Shown: positions 25,302 to 35,058, numbered from the stretch's first letter. The stretch is 64,000 nt of DNA from Candidatus Moanibacter sp. (GCA_965215885.1 CBDCEW010000102.1:123994-187993), one strand, 5' to 3'. Made by a program: numbers and translations. The notes: generated by a model from the letters alone, not told the origin.

Positions 25302-26347
25302 AGGATTTGAATTTCCGCTTTCGGCGAATGGACGATTCGGCCGATGACGGTGGCACAGGGAGTGCGGTGCTTTCTGAGGATCTTCAGGACCCTATGCAGA
25401 TTCCTGGAGGAGACACATAGAAGAAGGCCGCCGCTCGTTTGCGCATCTGTTAAGAGGACTTTTTCCGAATCCGTAGCGTTGCCCCAATCCGTGAAGGCGT
25501 CGGCGGTTGATTGATTTTCGCGGCTTCCCCCAGGTATGCAGTCCTCTTCCATTAATTTGTAGACTCCCATACCGATTGCAGGGACACGTGGGGAAGTGAT
25601 TTCAGCGCCAACGCCACTAGCCTGGCACATCGATCGGAGATGGCCCAGAAGGCCGAAACCGGTGATGTCAATGCCGGCGCGGACCAGGCCGCGTTCCGCT
25701 ACTTCCGCACCGACAGTATTGAGATGACGCATGCTCGTTATCGCTTTTTTTGCCAGGTAAGGCGTTGTGCGGTCACGTTTGATTCCGGTCGTGACAATAC
25801 CGGTTCCGAGCGGTTTCGTGAGGACGAGCAGGTCCTCAGGTCTCGCGGCGGCGTTTGTGATTATTCGGCTCTGTGATACCAGTCCTGTTACTGCCAATCC
25901 GTAGATCGGTTCCGGGTTGCGAATCGTGTGGCCGCCCACTATTGTGCACTTCGCCCTTTTCGCTGTGGCGGCGCCTCCACGCAGGATAGACACAACTGTC
26001 TTCTCAGAGACGGTATCCTTCGGTATCCCAAGGAGATTCAAAGCGGTAATCGGACGGCCACCCATAGCGAATACGTCCGAGAGTGCGTTCGCGGCGGCAA
26101 TCTGCCCATAGGTCCTAGGGTCGTCCACAATGGGCGTAAAAAAGTCCACCGTCTGAACGAGCGCACGGTCGCGGTCGATGCGATAGACGCCCGCGTCATC
26201 CGATAAAACGGAACCGACCAGTAAGTTCTGGTCATCCGTAGTTGGTAACTGGCGCAAGACTTGCCCCAGAGCCTTTTGGCTGAGCTTAGATGCTCACCCG
26301 GCAAAGGATGAAAGCGAAGTCAGCTTGAGAATCTCCTCGCGCGACAT
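25298..26347 (-). CDS. selD: Selenide,water dikinase, selenocysteine-containing (UGA at 26294-26296)
   Basis: Reading through TGA gives MSREEILKLTSLSSFAG-U-ASKLS, in frame with DDAGVY, QTVDFFTP, DAQTSGGLL; GGAGG upstream. Confidence 0.93.
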
Positions 26348-26374
26348 ATCCTTCACCTCCTTTCTCTAAATGGG

Positions 26375-26468
26375 CGGAGAGGGTAAGAATCGAACTTACC
26401 TCGACCTGCGAAACAGACCGACAACGGTTTTGAAGACCGCGGAGGCCACCAGGCACCCTTCACTCTCC
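26375..26468 (-). tRNA. selC: tRNA-Sec(TCA)
   Basis: GGAGAGTG...CTTCAAAAC anticodon loop, long variable arm, GTTCGATTC T-loop, 8-bp acceptor stem, adjacent to selD. Confidence 0.95.
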
Positions 26469-26538
26469 GGTAAAATGCTACCAAATTCAGCAAAAAAAGT
26501 TGACCTCTTGATTGGCGGATTGCGCCCTGTGAGGATGA

Positions 26539-26582
26539 AATTGCCGGTTCCCCCCAGCCTCGCGCCGGGGGAACCGGCAATT
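26539..26582. terminator. Strong 16-bp hairpin (probable terminator)
   Basis: aattgccggttccccc / gggggaaccggcaatt perfect inverted repeat. Confidence 0.6.
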
Positions 26583-26686
26583 GGTTAGACAGGCACCTCA
26601 GAATACCAGGAGAGAAAGTAATAGGAGGAACGGGAGGGCTACACCGCCTCAGGAACCCGTACCTAACAAAACTGTCAGTCGCAAAT

Positions 26687-26917
26687 TTAGAGTCTCTTCT
26701 TGACCGTTTGGAAGATCGAATCCGGATCGGGGAATTCTCCCGTCTCCAGCTTGGAGTATATTTTATCTCCATCGACACTGACTTCAAAGGCGCCTCCGCT
26801 GGACGGAACCAGCTTAAGTGCAGCTATATCCTGCTTGAGAGTCAAAAGTCTCTCCGCCAGACCGACGGCTTTTGGCTCATAGCTTCAAGCTGCGCAATAT
26901 TCGATCCTTATCTCCAT
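26687..26917 (-). CDS. SelW/Rdx-family selenoprotein (CxxU; UGA at 26885-26887), 76 aa
   Basis: MEIRIEYCAA-U-SYEPKAVGLAERLL...PSSGGAFEVSVDGDKIYSKLETGEFPD; absent from the ORF track. Confidence 0.9.
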
Positions 26918-26976
26918 TTCTCTTTCCCGGGCTACAGTGGTAACAGTGCCCTCATGAGTCAAGATTGCATTTACGC

Positions 26977-28432
26977 TCAGCTCGGCCTACTATGAAACTC
27001 GGAACCGCGTAGTATGATGTTTCCGGCCAACACCAGAGCGACGAGCACCGCGACAAAGTACCAGGGAAACCAAAGGAGCGCCGCTTCAAAGGCCTCCTCC
27101 TCGCCGCCTCCCAGTGATGCGGCCCTGCTTTCGGTGTGTCGCATGACGATGGCGAACATAATTCCGATTGCGCCGTAGCCGAAGTTCATCGCCAATCCCT
27201 TAAAACTCAGAATTGTGGCGCGTTTCGATGAGTCGACGACCGCGTTGAGATAGTGGGATGCGAAGAAGCTGAGCAGTGACATGCATACGAAGATGAGGAC
27301 AACGAAAGCGAGTCCGAAATGCCCATTTTGGACGGCTCCACCTTCACCTTCGACGCCATGCATAATCAAAAAGAAACTGCCCACATCGTCGTCGAAGGGT
27401 CCACGCCCGGGCCGCTCCGAATAGGCCGACCAGGAGAATTATCGCCATCAACCAGAAGTTGAAGAGCGGAGACCGGTTTTGAGCCATGTTCCGCGCGATC
27501 GAAGGTACAAAGAATCCCATCAGCGCGAGGCCGGCGTTGATGAGACCGAAAGAAGCCTCCGGAAGCTCGATGAGCCGGAAAAAGTTACTCGAGACCGTGA
27601 TGAAGAGTCGAATGATGCTGTCGAAGCCGATCACGGATAGGATTATTATGAAAGCCGGCGGAGTCTTCAGAATCCACATGCCCGCTCGCAATGTTTGCAG
27701 CCAGGTCTCCTTCACAGAGGGTGATCGCACGAATGATCGCACTCCGGAGTCGGTGGAGTCCCTTGGTGGCACTCCGGAGTCGGTGGAGTCCCTTGGGGAA
27801 GCAGTCTCTTTGAGCTGCAAGGCTGCAATGAAGGTAAGTGCTGCAGTCACGAAATTCAGGTATAAGGGAAAGCGCATCGTGATCTGTTGATTCAGTTCCA
27901 CGTCGATTCCCAATGAGATCGCGCATCTCTGCATCACCTGAGGATCGTAGAGGACCGCTCCGATTCCCATGGCGACGAGAAATCCAATCGATTGAGCGCG
28001 CATGAGAAACTCCAGCACGCGAGGCCACAGTTCCTCTCTCTCGCTTTCCGGCATGGAATCATAGGCCAGTGCCTCATCCGCCCCGCTCGCAGCGGCTTCC
28101 GAAACTCCACTGATGATGCGGTTTACGAGAAAGGCGCAGAAGACGAGAGATACGTTGCCTAGTGGGACAAAGCACAACACGGCCATTTCAATAACCATCA
28201 ATCCCGCCGAAATCAGAACGAGACGCCGGCGCCCGATGAGATCTGCCAGGGCGCCTGAAGGCACTTCGAGCAAAACAATCGTCACCGCCCACGCCACGTT
28301 GAGGAGCGCAAATTGCTCCATGCTCAGGCCGAAGTCCAGAAAGAGAATAGCAAATACCGGGTAGTAAAAGCGAGAATTGAAGAGAATTCTAAATGCGATA
28401 AACCACCGGATGTTTCTAGGAAATTGGTTCAT
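26977..28432 (-). pseudogene. MFS transporter frameshifted by a 76-bp insertion (27322-27397)
   Basis: ORFs 27344..28432 and 26977..27384 join in frame (ARAWT-HFGLAFVV) once the insert is removed; EVPSGALADLIGRR motif. Confidence 0.8.
27739..27796. repeat. 30-bp in-frame tandem duplication (PRDSTDSGV x2) in the MFS central loop
   Basis: gcactccggagtcggtggagtcccttgg repeated with period 30. Confidence 0.9.
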
Positions 28433-28700
28433 GTCGAGCGCTCGATTCGGGGCCTGATTCTTTCCGAAACGGGACTAGACAGAATCCGATGGCGAATGGC
28501 AACCGCTGAGCGGGACTATTGCAGATCGGCGAGTGCGGTTGTGCAAAGGAGAAATATGAGGTGGAGGAGATATCCGGGTGGTCGTGTAAATGGCATGGGA
28601 GTCAGATTTTACTTGGGAACTTGAGGGAATTACAATTATTGCATGGAATTTTAGCCCATAATTGTTGTCAGGGCATCCTTGATGCGTGCATGATCGGGCT

Positions 28701-29474
28701 ATGAAGCTGAAAAATCGAGTCGCGATAATAACCGGGGGCAGTTCGGGTATCGGCCGTGGGATTGCATTGGAGTTTGCTCGAGAGGGAGCGAGGGTGTGCA
28801 TAGCGGATATTCAAGAGGAGCCGAAACGTGGAATATACCATGAGCAGGAAACTGTTATTCCTACTGTTGAGGAAGTCGAGAAATTGGGTGGCGAAGGCTA
28901 TTTTGTGCAGACGGATATCGGTCAGGAAGAAGCCGTCCAAAGTATGGTCGATGAGACCATGGAGCGCTTTGGAGGGATCGATATTCTTGTGAATAACGCG
29001 GGTATCTACAAGGTAGGCGACAGTCAGGAAATCTCTCTCCGGGATTGGGATCGGATTATCGGAGTCAATTTGCGAGGGGTCTTTGTGGCGATAAAGTTCG
29101 CTCTTCCCCTTTTGAGAAGTTCACAGTACGGACGAATCATCAACATTGCATCGGTGCATGCATTCGGCGGGGGCGGCGGTCCTCCCTACGCATCGGCTAA
29201 GGCTGCCGTTGTTAACCTGACCCGCGACGTCGCCATCGAAGCGGCCGGAGACGAAGTCACGGCAAACGCAATTTGTCCCGGATACATCGAGACCGCGATC
29301 CAGGATTACTTGACGGAAGAACAGATCTCCTGGGCCCGCGAACACACTCCTTTACCCCGTTTCGGAACGCCCGCCGATATCGGCCGAGCGACGGTCTTTC
29401 TAGCATCGGATGATGCCGCCTGGATCACAGGCGTTGCCCTTCCCGTAGATGGTGGCTGGTTGGCTCCGGTATAA
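28701..29474 (+). CDS. SDR oxidoreductase (FabG-like)
   Basis: ITGGSSGIG, VNNAG, YASAK, VDGG. Confidence 0.92.
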   Translation: MKLKNRVAIITGGSSGIGRGIALEFAREGARVCIADIQEEPKRGIYHEQETVIPTVEEVEKLGGEGYFVQTDIGQEEAVQSMVDETMERFGGIDILVNNAGIYKVGDSQEISLRDWDRIIGVNLRGVFVAIKFALPLLRSSQYGRIINIASVHAFGGGGGPPYASAKAAVVNLTRDVAIEAAGDEVTANAICPGYIETAIQDYLTEEQISWAREHTPLPRFGTPADIGRATVFLASDDAAWITGVALPVDGGWLAPV

Positions 29475-29478
29475 CCCG

Positions 29479-30261
29479 TCAGGTCTTTTGGATGGAGCGG
29501 ATAAAGAACCTGAAGATTACGGAATTGAGATAGCGGGGAAGGAGGCGGGCGGTGAAGGCGGCGAGTTTACTGGGAATGCCGGGTATAAGAAGCGACTTTT
29601 TCCCGAGACTCTTGATAGCGGATTCAACGACCTTTTCGGCTTTCATTGAGACCACCCTTCCGAATGCCGTTACATTCATAAACTCAGTAAGGGTAGTTCC
29701 AGGGCAGACGGCGAGGACGTCAACGTTGTCGGATTTCAATTCGTGAGCCAGGCCTTCGGCGAGGAGGAGAGCGTAGGCTTTGGTGGCTGCGTAGTTTGAC
29801 CAAACAGGAATTCCGGCGAATGCGGTAATAGAGGAGAGGAAGATTATACCTCCCTTTCGGCGCTTGCGCATCCGCGACCCATAGGCATGGGCCAACTGCA
29901 TGGAGGCCTCGCTATTGAGGCGAAGCATCTCCAATTCAATCTGCGGATCGTTATCGAGAAAATCCCCGGTGAGTCCCCTGCCAGCGTTATTTACGAGCAA
30001 GCCGATTTCGATGTCGCTGGTCGCTTCTGCTATTTTGTCCAGGAATCCGGTTTTGGTGAGATCCGCAACAGCGATCCGCACTTCCACACCGGAGGAGAAT
30101 TCGAGCTCTTGGGCGAGGTTTTCAAGATTCTCTTTACGCCTTGCCACAAGGACGAGATTGAGTCCAATTGCTGCAAGCTGACGGGCAAATTGCTCACCCA
30201 TTCCAGAAGAGGCACCTGTTACCAGAGCCCATGGACCATATTTCTCGGTGTGGTAATTCAT
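29479..30261 (-). CDS. SDR oxidoreductase (17-beta-HSD/KAR-like)
   Basis: GPWALVTGASSGMG, LVNNAG, YAATK. Confidence 0.92.
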   Translation of the reverse strand: MNYHTEKYGPWALVTGASSGMGEQFARQLAAIGLNLVLVARRKENLENLAQELEFSSGVEVRIAVADLTKTGFLDKIAEATSDIEIGLLVNNAGRGLTGDFLDNDPQIELEMLRLNSEASMQLAHAYGSRMRKRRKGGIIFLSSITAFAGIPVWSNYAATKAYALLLAEGLAHELKSDNVDVLAVCPGTTLTEFMNVTAFGRVVSMKAEKVVESAIKSLGKKSLLIPGIPSKLAAFTARLLPRYLNSVIFRFFIRSIQKT

Positions 30262-30545
30262 ACTACAATCCGGCAGAATCTTCTTTTTCTAGCAAGTTTC
30301 TGCGTAGAAGAAGTTGGTATTCAATGAAATGCAGTCGACCCGTCGCCGCTTCGCTTTGCCGAGGCAGGCAAGGTTTGGGATCCCGCTCAGCGGGATTCGC
30401 GACGAGGTTTCCAAGGGAAGTAGGAATTTCCTTCTGCATTCGCGTCCATCTGCGTGGTCTGCCGTACGGCAGACCGGTTCTCTTTTTCCTTTTTGGTTGC
30501 GGCTTTGCTTCCCTAAAATTTCCGTGTCATATTCAGGAAACGCTA

Positions 30546-30641
30546 TTAATCGCTTCGGGTTTAATTCCCCGAAGCTTGCTTCGTTTCTAATTCATAAAGT
30601 CTAATATCAAATGCCTCGGGGCTTGCCCCGAGGATCTTTAC
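30546..30641. mobile_element. Small palindrome-ended element resembling an IS200/IS605-type non-autonomous element
   Basis: Subterminal hairpins gcttcggg..cccgaagc and cctcggggc-tt-gccccgagg; ends in TTAC abutting the aldolase stop codon. Confidence 0.5.
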
Positions 30642-31418
30642 TCATTTTTTGAATTTCTCAAAGGCCGCCGCAATGTTCATCATCCCGTTTGTCACCAAAG
30701 CACCGTCCGAGCCAAGGGCGACGAAGGTGAAACCCGTTTCCAGGGTACTCTCAATCTGGTCGATGCTCGCGAGGAGGATGCCTGCCGCCTTTCCCGCCTT
30801 TCGAGCGCTTTCCACGACCTTTGCGTATGCCTCCCGCTGAAGAGGGTGGTCGAACTGTCCGGGGTTTCCCAGGCTGACGCTTAGATCCATCGGTCCGATA
30901 AAGAGGACGTCAACACCGTCGATGGCCGCGATTCGATCGATATCCTCGATGGCCTCAGCGCGTTCGATCTGGATCACGGTCAGGAGCAGTTCGTGGTTTC
31001 TTGCGAAATAATCGTCGAAGTTACGGCCGAAGCCTATCGCTCGCGGCGACTTCGCGACACCTCGAATTCCCCGTGGTGGATAACGCATGGCTGCGACTGC
31101 CGCCTCCGCCTCCTCGGCATTGCGGACCCAGGGCACCATGATGCCGGAGGCTCCCAGATCGAGGGCCTTTTTGAAGCGGGTGGGTTCGTTGAATGCGATG
31201 CGAACAATTGGCGCTGCGGGTGTAGCTGAAGCCGCCTGCAGGTGGTGCACAAGGCTGTCGTGGTCGCCGGGACCGTGTTCCAGATCGATTAATATCCAGT
31301 CGAATCCGCTGTCACCTGCTATTTCTACGGTGAGGCTGGATCCGATATTGAGAAAGGTCCCTGTGAGCAGTTCTCCATTGAGGACTCGATCCCGTATACT
31401 TTTTACCTCGACTGCCAT
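30642..31418 (-). CDS. HpcH/HpaI aldolase family (GarL/RhmA-like)
   Basis: FDWILIDLEHG, RYPPRGIRG, QIE, FIGPMDLS. Confidence 0.92.
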   Translation of the reverse strand: MAVEVKSIRDRVLNGELLTGTFLNIGSSLTVEIAGDSGFDWILIDLEHGPGDHDSLVHHLQAASATPAAPIVRIAFNEPTRFKKALDLGASGIMVPWVRNAEEAEAAVAAMRYPPRGIRGVAKSPRAIGFGRNFDDYFARNHELLLTVIQIERAEAIEDIDRIAAIDGVDVLFIGPMDLSVSLGNPGQFDHPLQREAYAKVVESARKAGKAAGILLASIDQIESTLETGFTFVALGSDGALVTNGMMNIAAAFEKFKK

Positions 31419-31467
31419 GGAACGGAGCCTAGGGAAACTTCCCCGTTCCGGTCAACCCGACAGTTTC

Positions 31468-31648
31468 CTAGCCCGGACATTTCACACACTGCGTAGCGAG
31501 ACGGCGTAGATCGCTGCGTGTCGATGCCTTTCCGATGCACGGCGGGCGACAGTGTGTTAAGACCCTCTGAGGTCGCCGGGGAAGGGAAGGCATTGACACG
31601 CGGTGAGATCCGTCGTCGTAGCAGAATATTTGTGAAATGTTCGGGCTA
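31468..31648. mobile_element. MITE family A, full-length copy
   Basis: TIR tagcccggacatttcaca / tgtgaaatgttcgggcta; homologous copies at 44999 and 38905. Confidence 0.85.
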
Positions 31649-32137
31649 AATATCGCGCCCCTCTGCATCGTCGGGCTCTACGATCCAGATAATTGTGAGG
31701 CCCGTCTCGCTGTCCACGTATACAACCGGCGTTGCGTCGGGAATCTCGGTCTCGACGTATTCCACCCTGGTGATTCCGTATTCGATTTCCTGTTCGTCCG
31801 TCCGATTTGAAATCCAGAAATATACCCCGGTACTAAATACGAGGAGAGCCGCGGCGGCCCCTGACCATACGAGATTCCCTCCGCCCGGAATGGAGGATCG
31901 CGTTGACGAACGCTCCTCGTCGATGCGTTCGCGAATCTCCGCCCAGGCGCCGGTCGAATCAACATTTTTCGGAACAGGGGAGGCTCTAAGGAGCGAGCCG
32001 TATTCTCGCCACTCTTCGAGTTGCTCCCGACATGCGGCACATTCGGCAAGATGCTCCTGCATCTGCAGTCTGTCGGACTCCGCAATTTCGTCATCCAGCA
32101 GTGCACTTAATTTCTGTTCGGCCTCAGCGCAGTTCAT
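31646..32137 (-). CDS. Zinc-finger (zf-HC2) anti-sigma factor, single TM
   Basis: MNC...LSALLDDEI...HLAECAAC and a TM helix. Confidence 0.88.
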   Translation of the reverse strand: MNCAEAEQKLSALLDDEIAESDRLQMQEHLAECAACREQLEEWREYGSLLRASPVPKNVDSTGAWAEIRERIDEERSSTRSSIPGGGNLVWSGAAAALLVFSTGVYFWISNRTDEQEIEYGITRVEYVETEIPDATPVVYVDSETGLTIIWIVEPDDAEGRDI

Positions 32138-32150
32138 ATTTCCTGAGTCT

Positions 32151-32250
32151 CCAGGAATCTGTCGGTCTCATCTGCGTTGGAATGTCGATCTGCCATAATG
32201 ACATTTTCACCACTGGGATGTTAGGATTTCTAAGTCCGACAGATTCCTAG
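32151..32250. mobile_element. MITE family B (~100 bp; TIR AGGAATCTGTCGG)
   Basis: aggaatctgtcgg ... ccgacagattcct; related copies at 38807 and 50534. Confidence 0.75.
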
Positions 32251-32666
32251 TAACGTCTCCTGTAGTTCGTCGCGTAGTGGTCACCACGATAGTGATCCAC
32301 CCAGACCCTGGTTTTCCGATAGACGTAGTGGCTTGGTTTCCAATACCTGGTTGTGTACCCGCATTCATCGGTTTCGTAAATCCAGCGACCGGAGATCCAA
32401 GTCTTGACCGAACGGTATTCGTAATGACCCGATGGCCTCTTGTGGTAGGACGACCTCGAATCACGATAGGTATCGCACTGCCGATAGGATCCTCTGTATC
32501 GTTGCCCTTTACCGTAGTTATTTTGGTGCTTGATGCTGGTCACGATCGAACCTGCGATGAACCCACCCAACGCGGCCCAACCTTCGTCGCCCGCCCGTGC
32601 CACTGGCGCTGTGCCGGCAAATTCAGCCGCTGCGATCAGAATCCATGCTATTTTTTTCATTTTCAT
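32247..32666 (-). CDS. Secreted Tyr/Arg/Trp-rich protein (YXWGXW-repeat-like)
   Basis: Signal peptide, glycine-zipper-like GWAALGGFIAG, PSGHYEY...WISGRW...WKPSHY. Confidence 0.7.
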   Translation of the reverse strand: MKMKKIAWILIAAAEFAGTAPVARAGDEGWAALGGFIAGSIVTSIKHQNNYGKGQRYRGSYRQCDTYRDSRSSYHKRPSGHYEYRSVKTWISGRWIYETDECGYTTRYWKPSHYVYRKTRVWVDHYRGDHYATNYRRRY

Positions 32667-32763
32667 TCTCCTCCTCTCAGTGATTCTTCGATTGTTATGG
32701 CACCTGAATGCCTTACCTCTTCAGCCGTATAGACGAAACTAAGCTGTACTTATTCATCTTTTT

Positions 32764-33213
32764 TTATTCCGCCTCCAGGACGAGAATCAGGTTTCCCCGT
32801 TCGAAGGATGGGCCACCCAGAATCGCCGGAGTTTCTCTACCCATGACGATTGTCGTTTGAATCAATGCTTTTCCGCCCTTGAGCCATCGAACCCTGGCTC
32901 TGACCTTATTCCGTTCCACCGCTGATGCCTGAATCTTGACGCGATGAGCCTTGCCCAACGAGAGCGTTAATTGACCGGGCAGATTCGTGCTGCCCGTGCC
33001 CTCAGTAAGGTACCTGTATGACTTGAAGCGAAAGATCTTTCGGAGCTTCCGCTCGTATCGCCCATCGCGACTGGTGGAGGTCGAGGCATCGTTAGATGCG
33101 ATGATCAGGATGGCTTTGAACGTGACCCTGTTCTCCCCGGGTGGTTGGGCGGCCAAAGAAATCAAGCAGATGAAATTTATCAGGGCGATGCCGATCAGAT
33201 GTAAACGCTTCAT
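32764..33213 (-). CDS. Secreted hypothetical protein
   Basis: Signal peptide; ATGA overlap with the sigma gene. Confidence 0.7.
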   Translation of the reverse strand: MKRLHLIGIALINFICLISLAAQPPGENRVTFKAILIIASNDASTSTSRDGRYERKLRKIFRFKSYRYLTEGTGSTNLPGQLTLSLGKAHRVKIQASAVERNKVRARVRWLKGGKALIQTTIVMGRETPAILGGPSFERGNLILVLEAE

Positions 33214-33776
33214 CGAAAATCCTTCATGTGAGTTTGTATTCGCTTGCGGGCGTTAAAGATTCGCGACATCACGGTACCAGTCCGGCAGTTCATAATTCGT
33301 GCGATTTCGCCGTATGACAATCCCTCAATTTCTCTGAGGACGAGGGCCGTCCGATGTTTCTCTGAGAGAGAGTTGAGCGCCAGTTGAAAGTGCTCCATGA
33401 TCTCCTTGCGTTCAAAGAGTATGTTGGGTTCGGGGCTTTTGGATGTGGATATTTCGTGCTCAACGGCGCCGAATATGTCGCTCTCCTGGAAAGGAATTAC
33501 GTCTGCCTGTCGGTTCTTTTTTCTAAGAAAGTCCCAGGCCGTAAAGGTTGCGATTCGGTAGACCCAGGTTTGAAAGGATGCCTCGCCTCGAAAAGATCTC
33601 AGGCTCTTCCAGACCTTGATCCAGGTCTGTTGAGAGAGGTCTTTAGCATCCGCGTCGTTCCTGACGATTTGAAAGATCAATCGGTAGACGCTCTCGTACT
33701 GGGATTTGACCAGTTCTCCAAACGCCTCCTCATTGCCCCTCTGTGCTTTGGCTACAAGGCGACGGCTCTCGTCCAT
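33210..33776 (-). CDS. ECF sigma-70 factor (RpoE-like)
   Basis: FRGEASFQTWVYRIA; LREIEGLSYGEIA..GTVMSRIFNAR. Confidence 0.93.
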   Translation of the reverse strand: MDESRRLVAKAQRGNEEAFGELVKSQYESVYRLIFQIVRNDADAKDLSQQTWIKVWKSLRSFRGEASFQTWVYRIATFTAWDFLRKKNRQADVIPFQESDIFGAVEHEISTSKSPEPNILFERKEIMEHFQLALNSLSEKHRTALVLREIEGLSYGEIARIMNCRTGTVMSRIFNARKRIQTHMKDFR

Positions 33777-33858
33777 CGTACTGACTTACTAACAGAGCTC
33801 GTCTTTCGTCAAGTAGCGAGTACCTAGCCCGCTTTTCCAAACTTGTGAGATTTCCGGG

Positions 33859-35058
33859 CTAGTCCATCTGTGCCCCGAAGCGCACGACTAAACGTTCATT
33901 TTCATAGCTGGCGTTGTCGATGTCGACGCGGGACAGAGTATCAGGGAGCTGAAGAACCCGGGTGTAACCTCCCGCTTTTATAATGAGTTCACCCTCTTTC
34001 CTGCCGATGTCGAGGCTCTCCCTGTCAAGATTCGGCAGAGTGAACGTCAGGAGGACGCGATCGTCCTCCTTTTCGAATCTGACCGCATTCGGTTCGGAGA
34101 GTACATCGAGGGGCATCTCGTCACCGTAGATTGTCTCTCCGAACCCCCTTAGCATGTTGTGGCCGAGAGGTGCATTATCGAGATAGGGAATAAGAAAAAT
34201 ACGCGTCTCCATAAACGACGAGTGTATCGCCATCAATTCTCTTTGCTGGTGCCGATACGTCTCGCTGAAGTAGCCTGCGGATACTTCTTCCGGTAGGAGC
34301 TTGTTTACGAATATGCCGTCGACTGGAAATCCGAATAGCGCCAGGTAGATATAGGTGCGCCGGGTTTCCGCGATTGCGATCGGATCGGGATTCAAGACCA
34401 GCCTGATTGAGGATTTCCCGGCGTCTTTAAGGAGATCCCCCAGGCGACCGATCTTTTGAATTATGGTTCCGAACGTTTCGTAGAGCTCGTCTTCAGGGAG
34501 TAACTCTCTTCCCAGTTGCGTGCGGCGCGCAAATGGTCGAACCAGTTTCAATATTTGTCTTTCCCAGTTGAGAATCCGATTGAGCTTCTTCGTGGATGAA
34601 TCGCTGAAAGTGAGAAGTCGGAGGGTGCCCGCGGTAGGGGCGGCATCAATGATCACCGCGTCGTAGTTACCGCCCTCGATTTCCCGCAGAATTCGAGTCA
34701 AAAGAAACAGCTCCTCAATGCCTGGAATAAGCGCTACCTCCTCTGCTATGACCGCTTCGACGCCCAGATATGCCATGAATTGTGTGAGGTAACTTTGCAC
34801 CGAATCCCAGTTCTCCGTGATCTCGTCCAGAATGTTCACTTCGAGAAGCGACAGGTTTTCGGACACCTCTATGGCCCGATCGGCCAGGTCTATTTGAAAG
34901 ATGTCGCTGAGATTGTGAGCAAAGTCGGAACTCACGAGCAGAGTCTTTGCTCCGCCAACTGCCGATTTTGCCGCTGTCGCCGCCGCAATACTCGTTTTGC
35001 CAACGCCTCCCTTGCCTGTGAAGAGGAGCACTCGACCTGACGAATCCTGCTCGCTCAT
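33859..35058 (-). CDS. ArsA/GET3-family ATPase with C-terminal HSP20-like domain
   Basis: FTGKGGVGKTS, SSDFAHNL, DAAPTAGTLRLL, C-terminal beta-rich domain. Confidence 0.9.
   Translation of the reverse strand: MSEQDSSGRVLLFTGKGGVGKTSIAAATAAKSAVGGAKTLLVSSDFAHNLSDIFQIDLADRAIEVSENLSLLEVNILDEITENWDSVQSYLTQFMAYLGVEAVIAEEVALIPGIEELFLLTRILREIEGGNYDAVIIDAAPTAGTLRLLTFSDSSTKKLNRILNWERQILKLVRPFARRTQLGRELLPEDELYETFGTIIQKIGRLGDLLKDAGKSSIRLVLNPDPIAIAETRRTYIYLALFGFPVDGIFVNKLLPEEVSAGYFSETYRHQQRELMAIHSSFMETRIFLIPYLDNAPLGHNMLRGFGETIYGDEMPLDVLSEPNAVRFEKEDDRVLLTFTLPNLDRESLDIGRKEGELIIKAGGYTRVLQLPDTLSRVDIDNASYENERLVVRFGAQMD

Noticed and set aside
26353..26995. ORFs 26353..26787, 26370..26588, 26700..26882 and 26708..26995
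   Set aside because: Overlap tRNA-Sec or are antisense/alternate frames of the SelW-like gene
31468..31648. MITE family A as true integron attC sites
   Set aside because: No canonical RYYYAAC/GTTRRRY cores, no cassette array or integrase, and it flanks housekeeping genes such as dcd
33859..35058. ArsA as arsenic resistance determinant
   Set aside because: Single ATPase domain with HSP20-like tail; no arsB/acr3/arsC/arsD nearby
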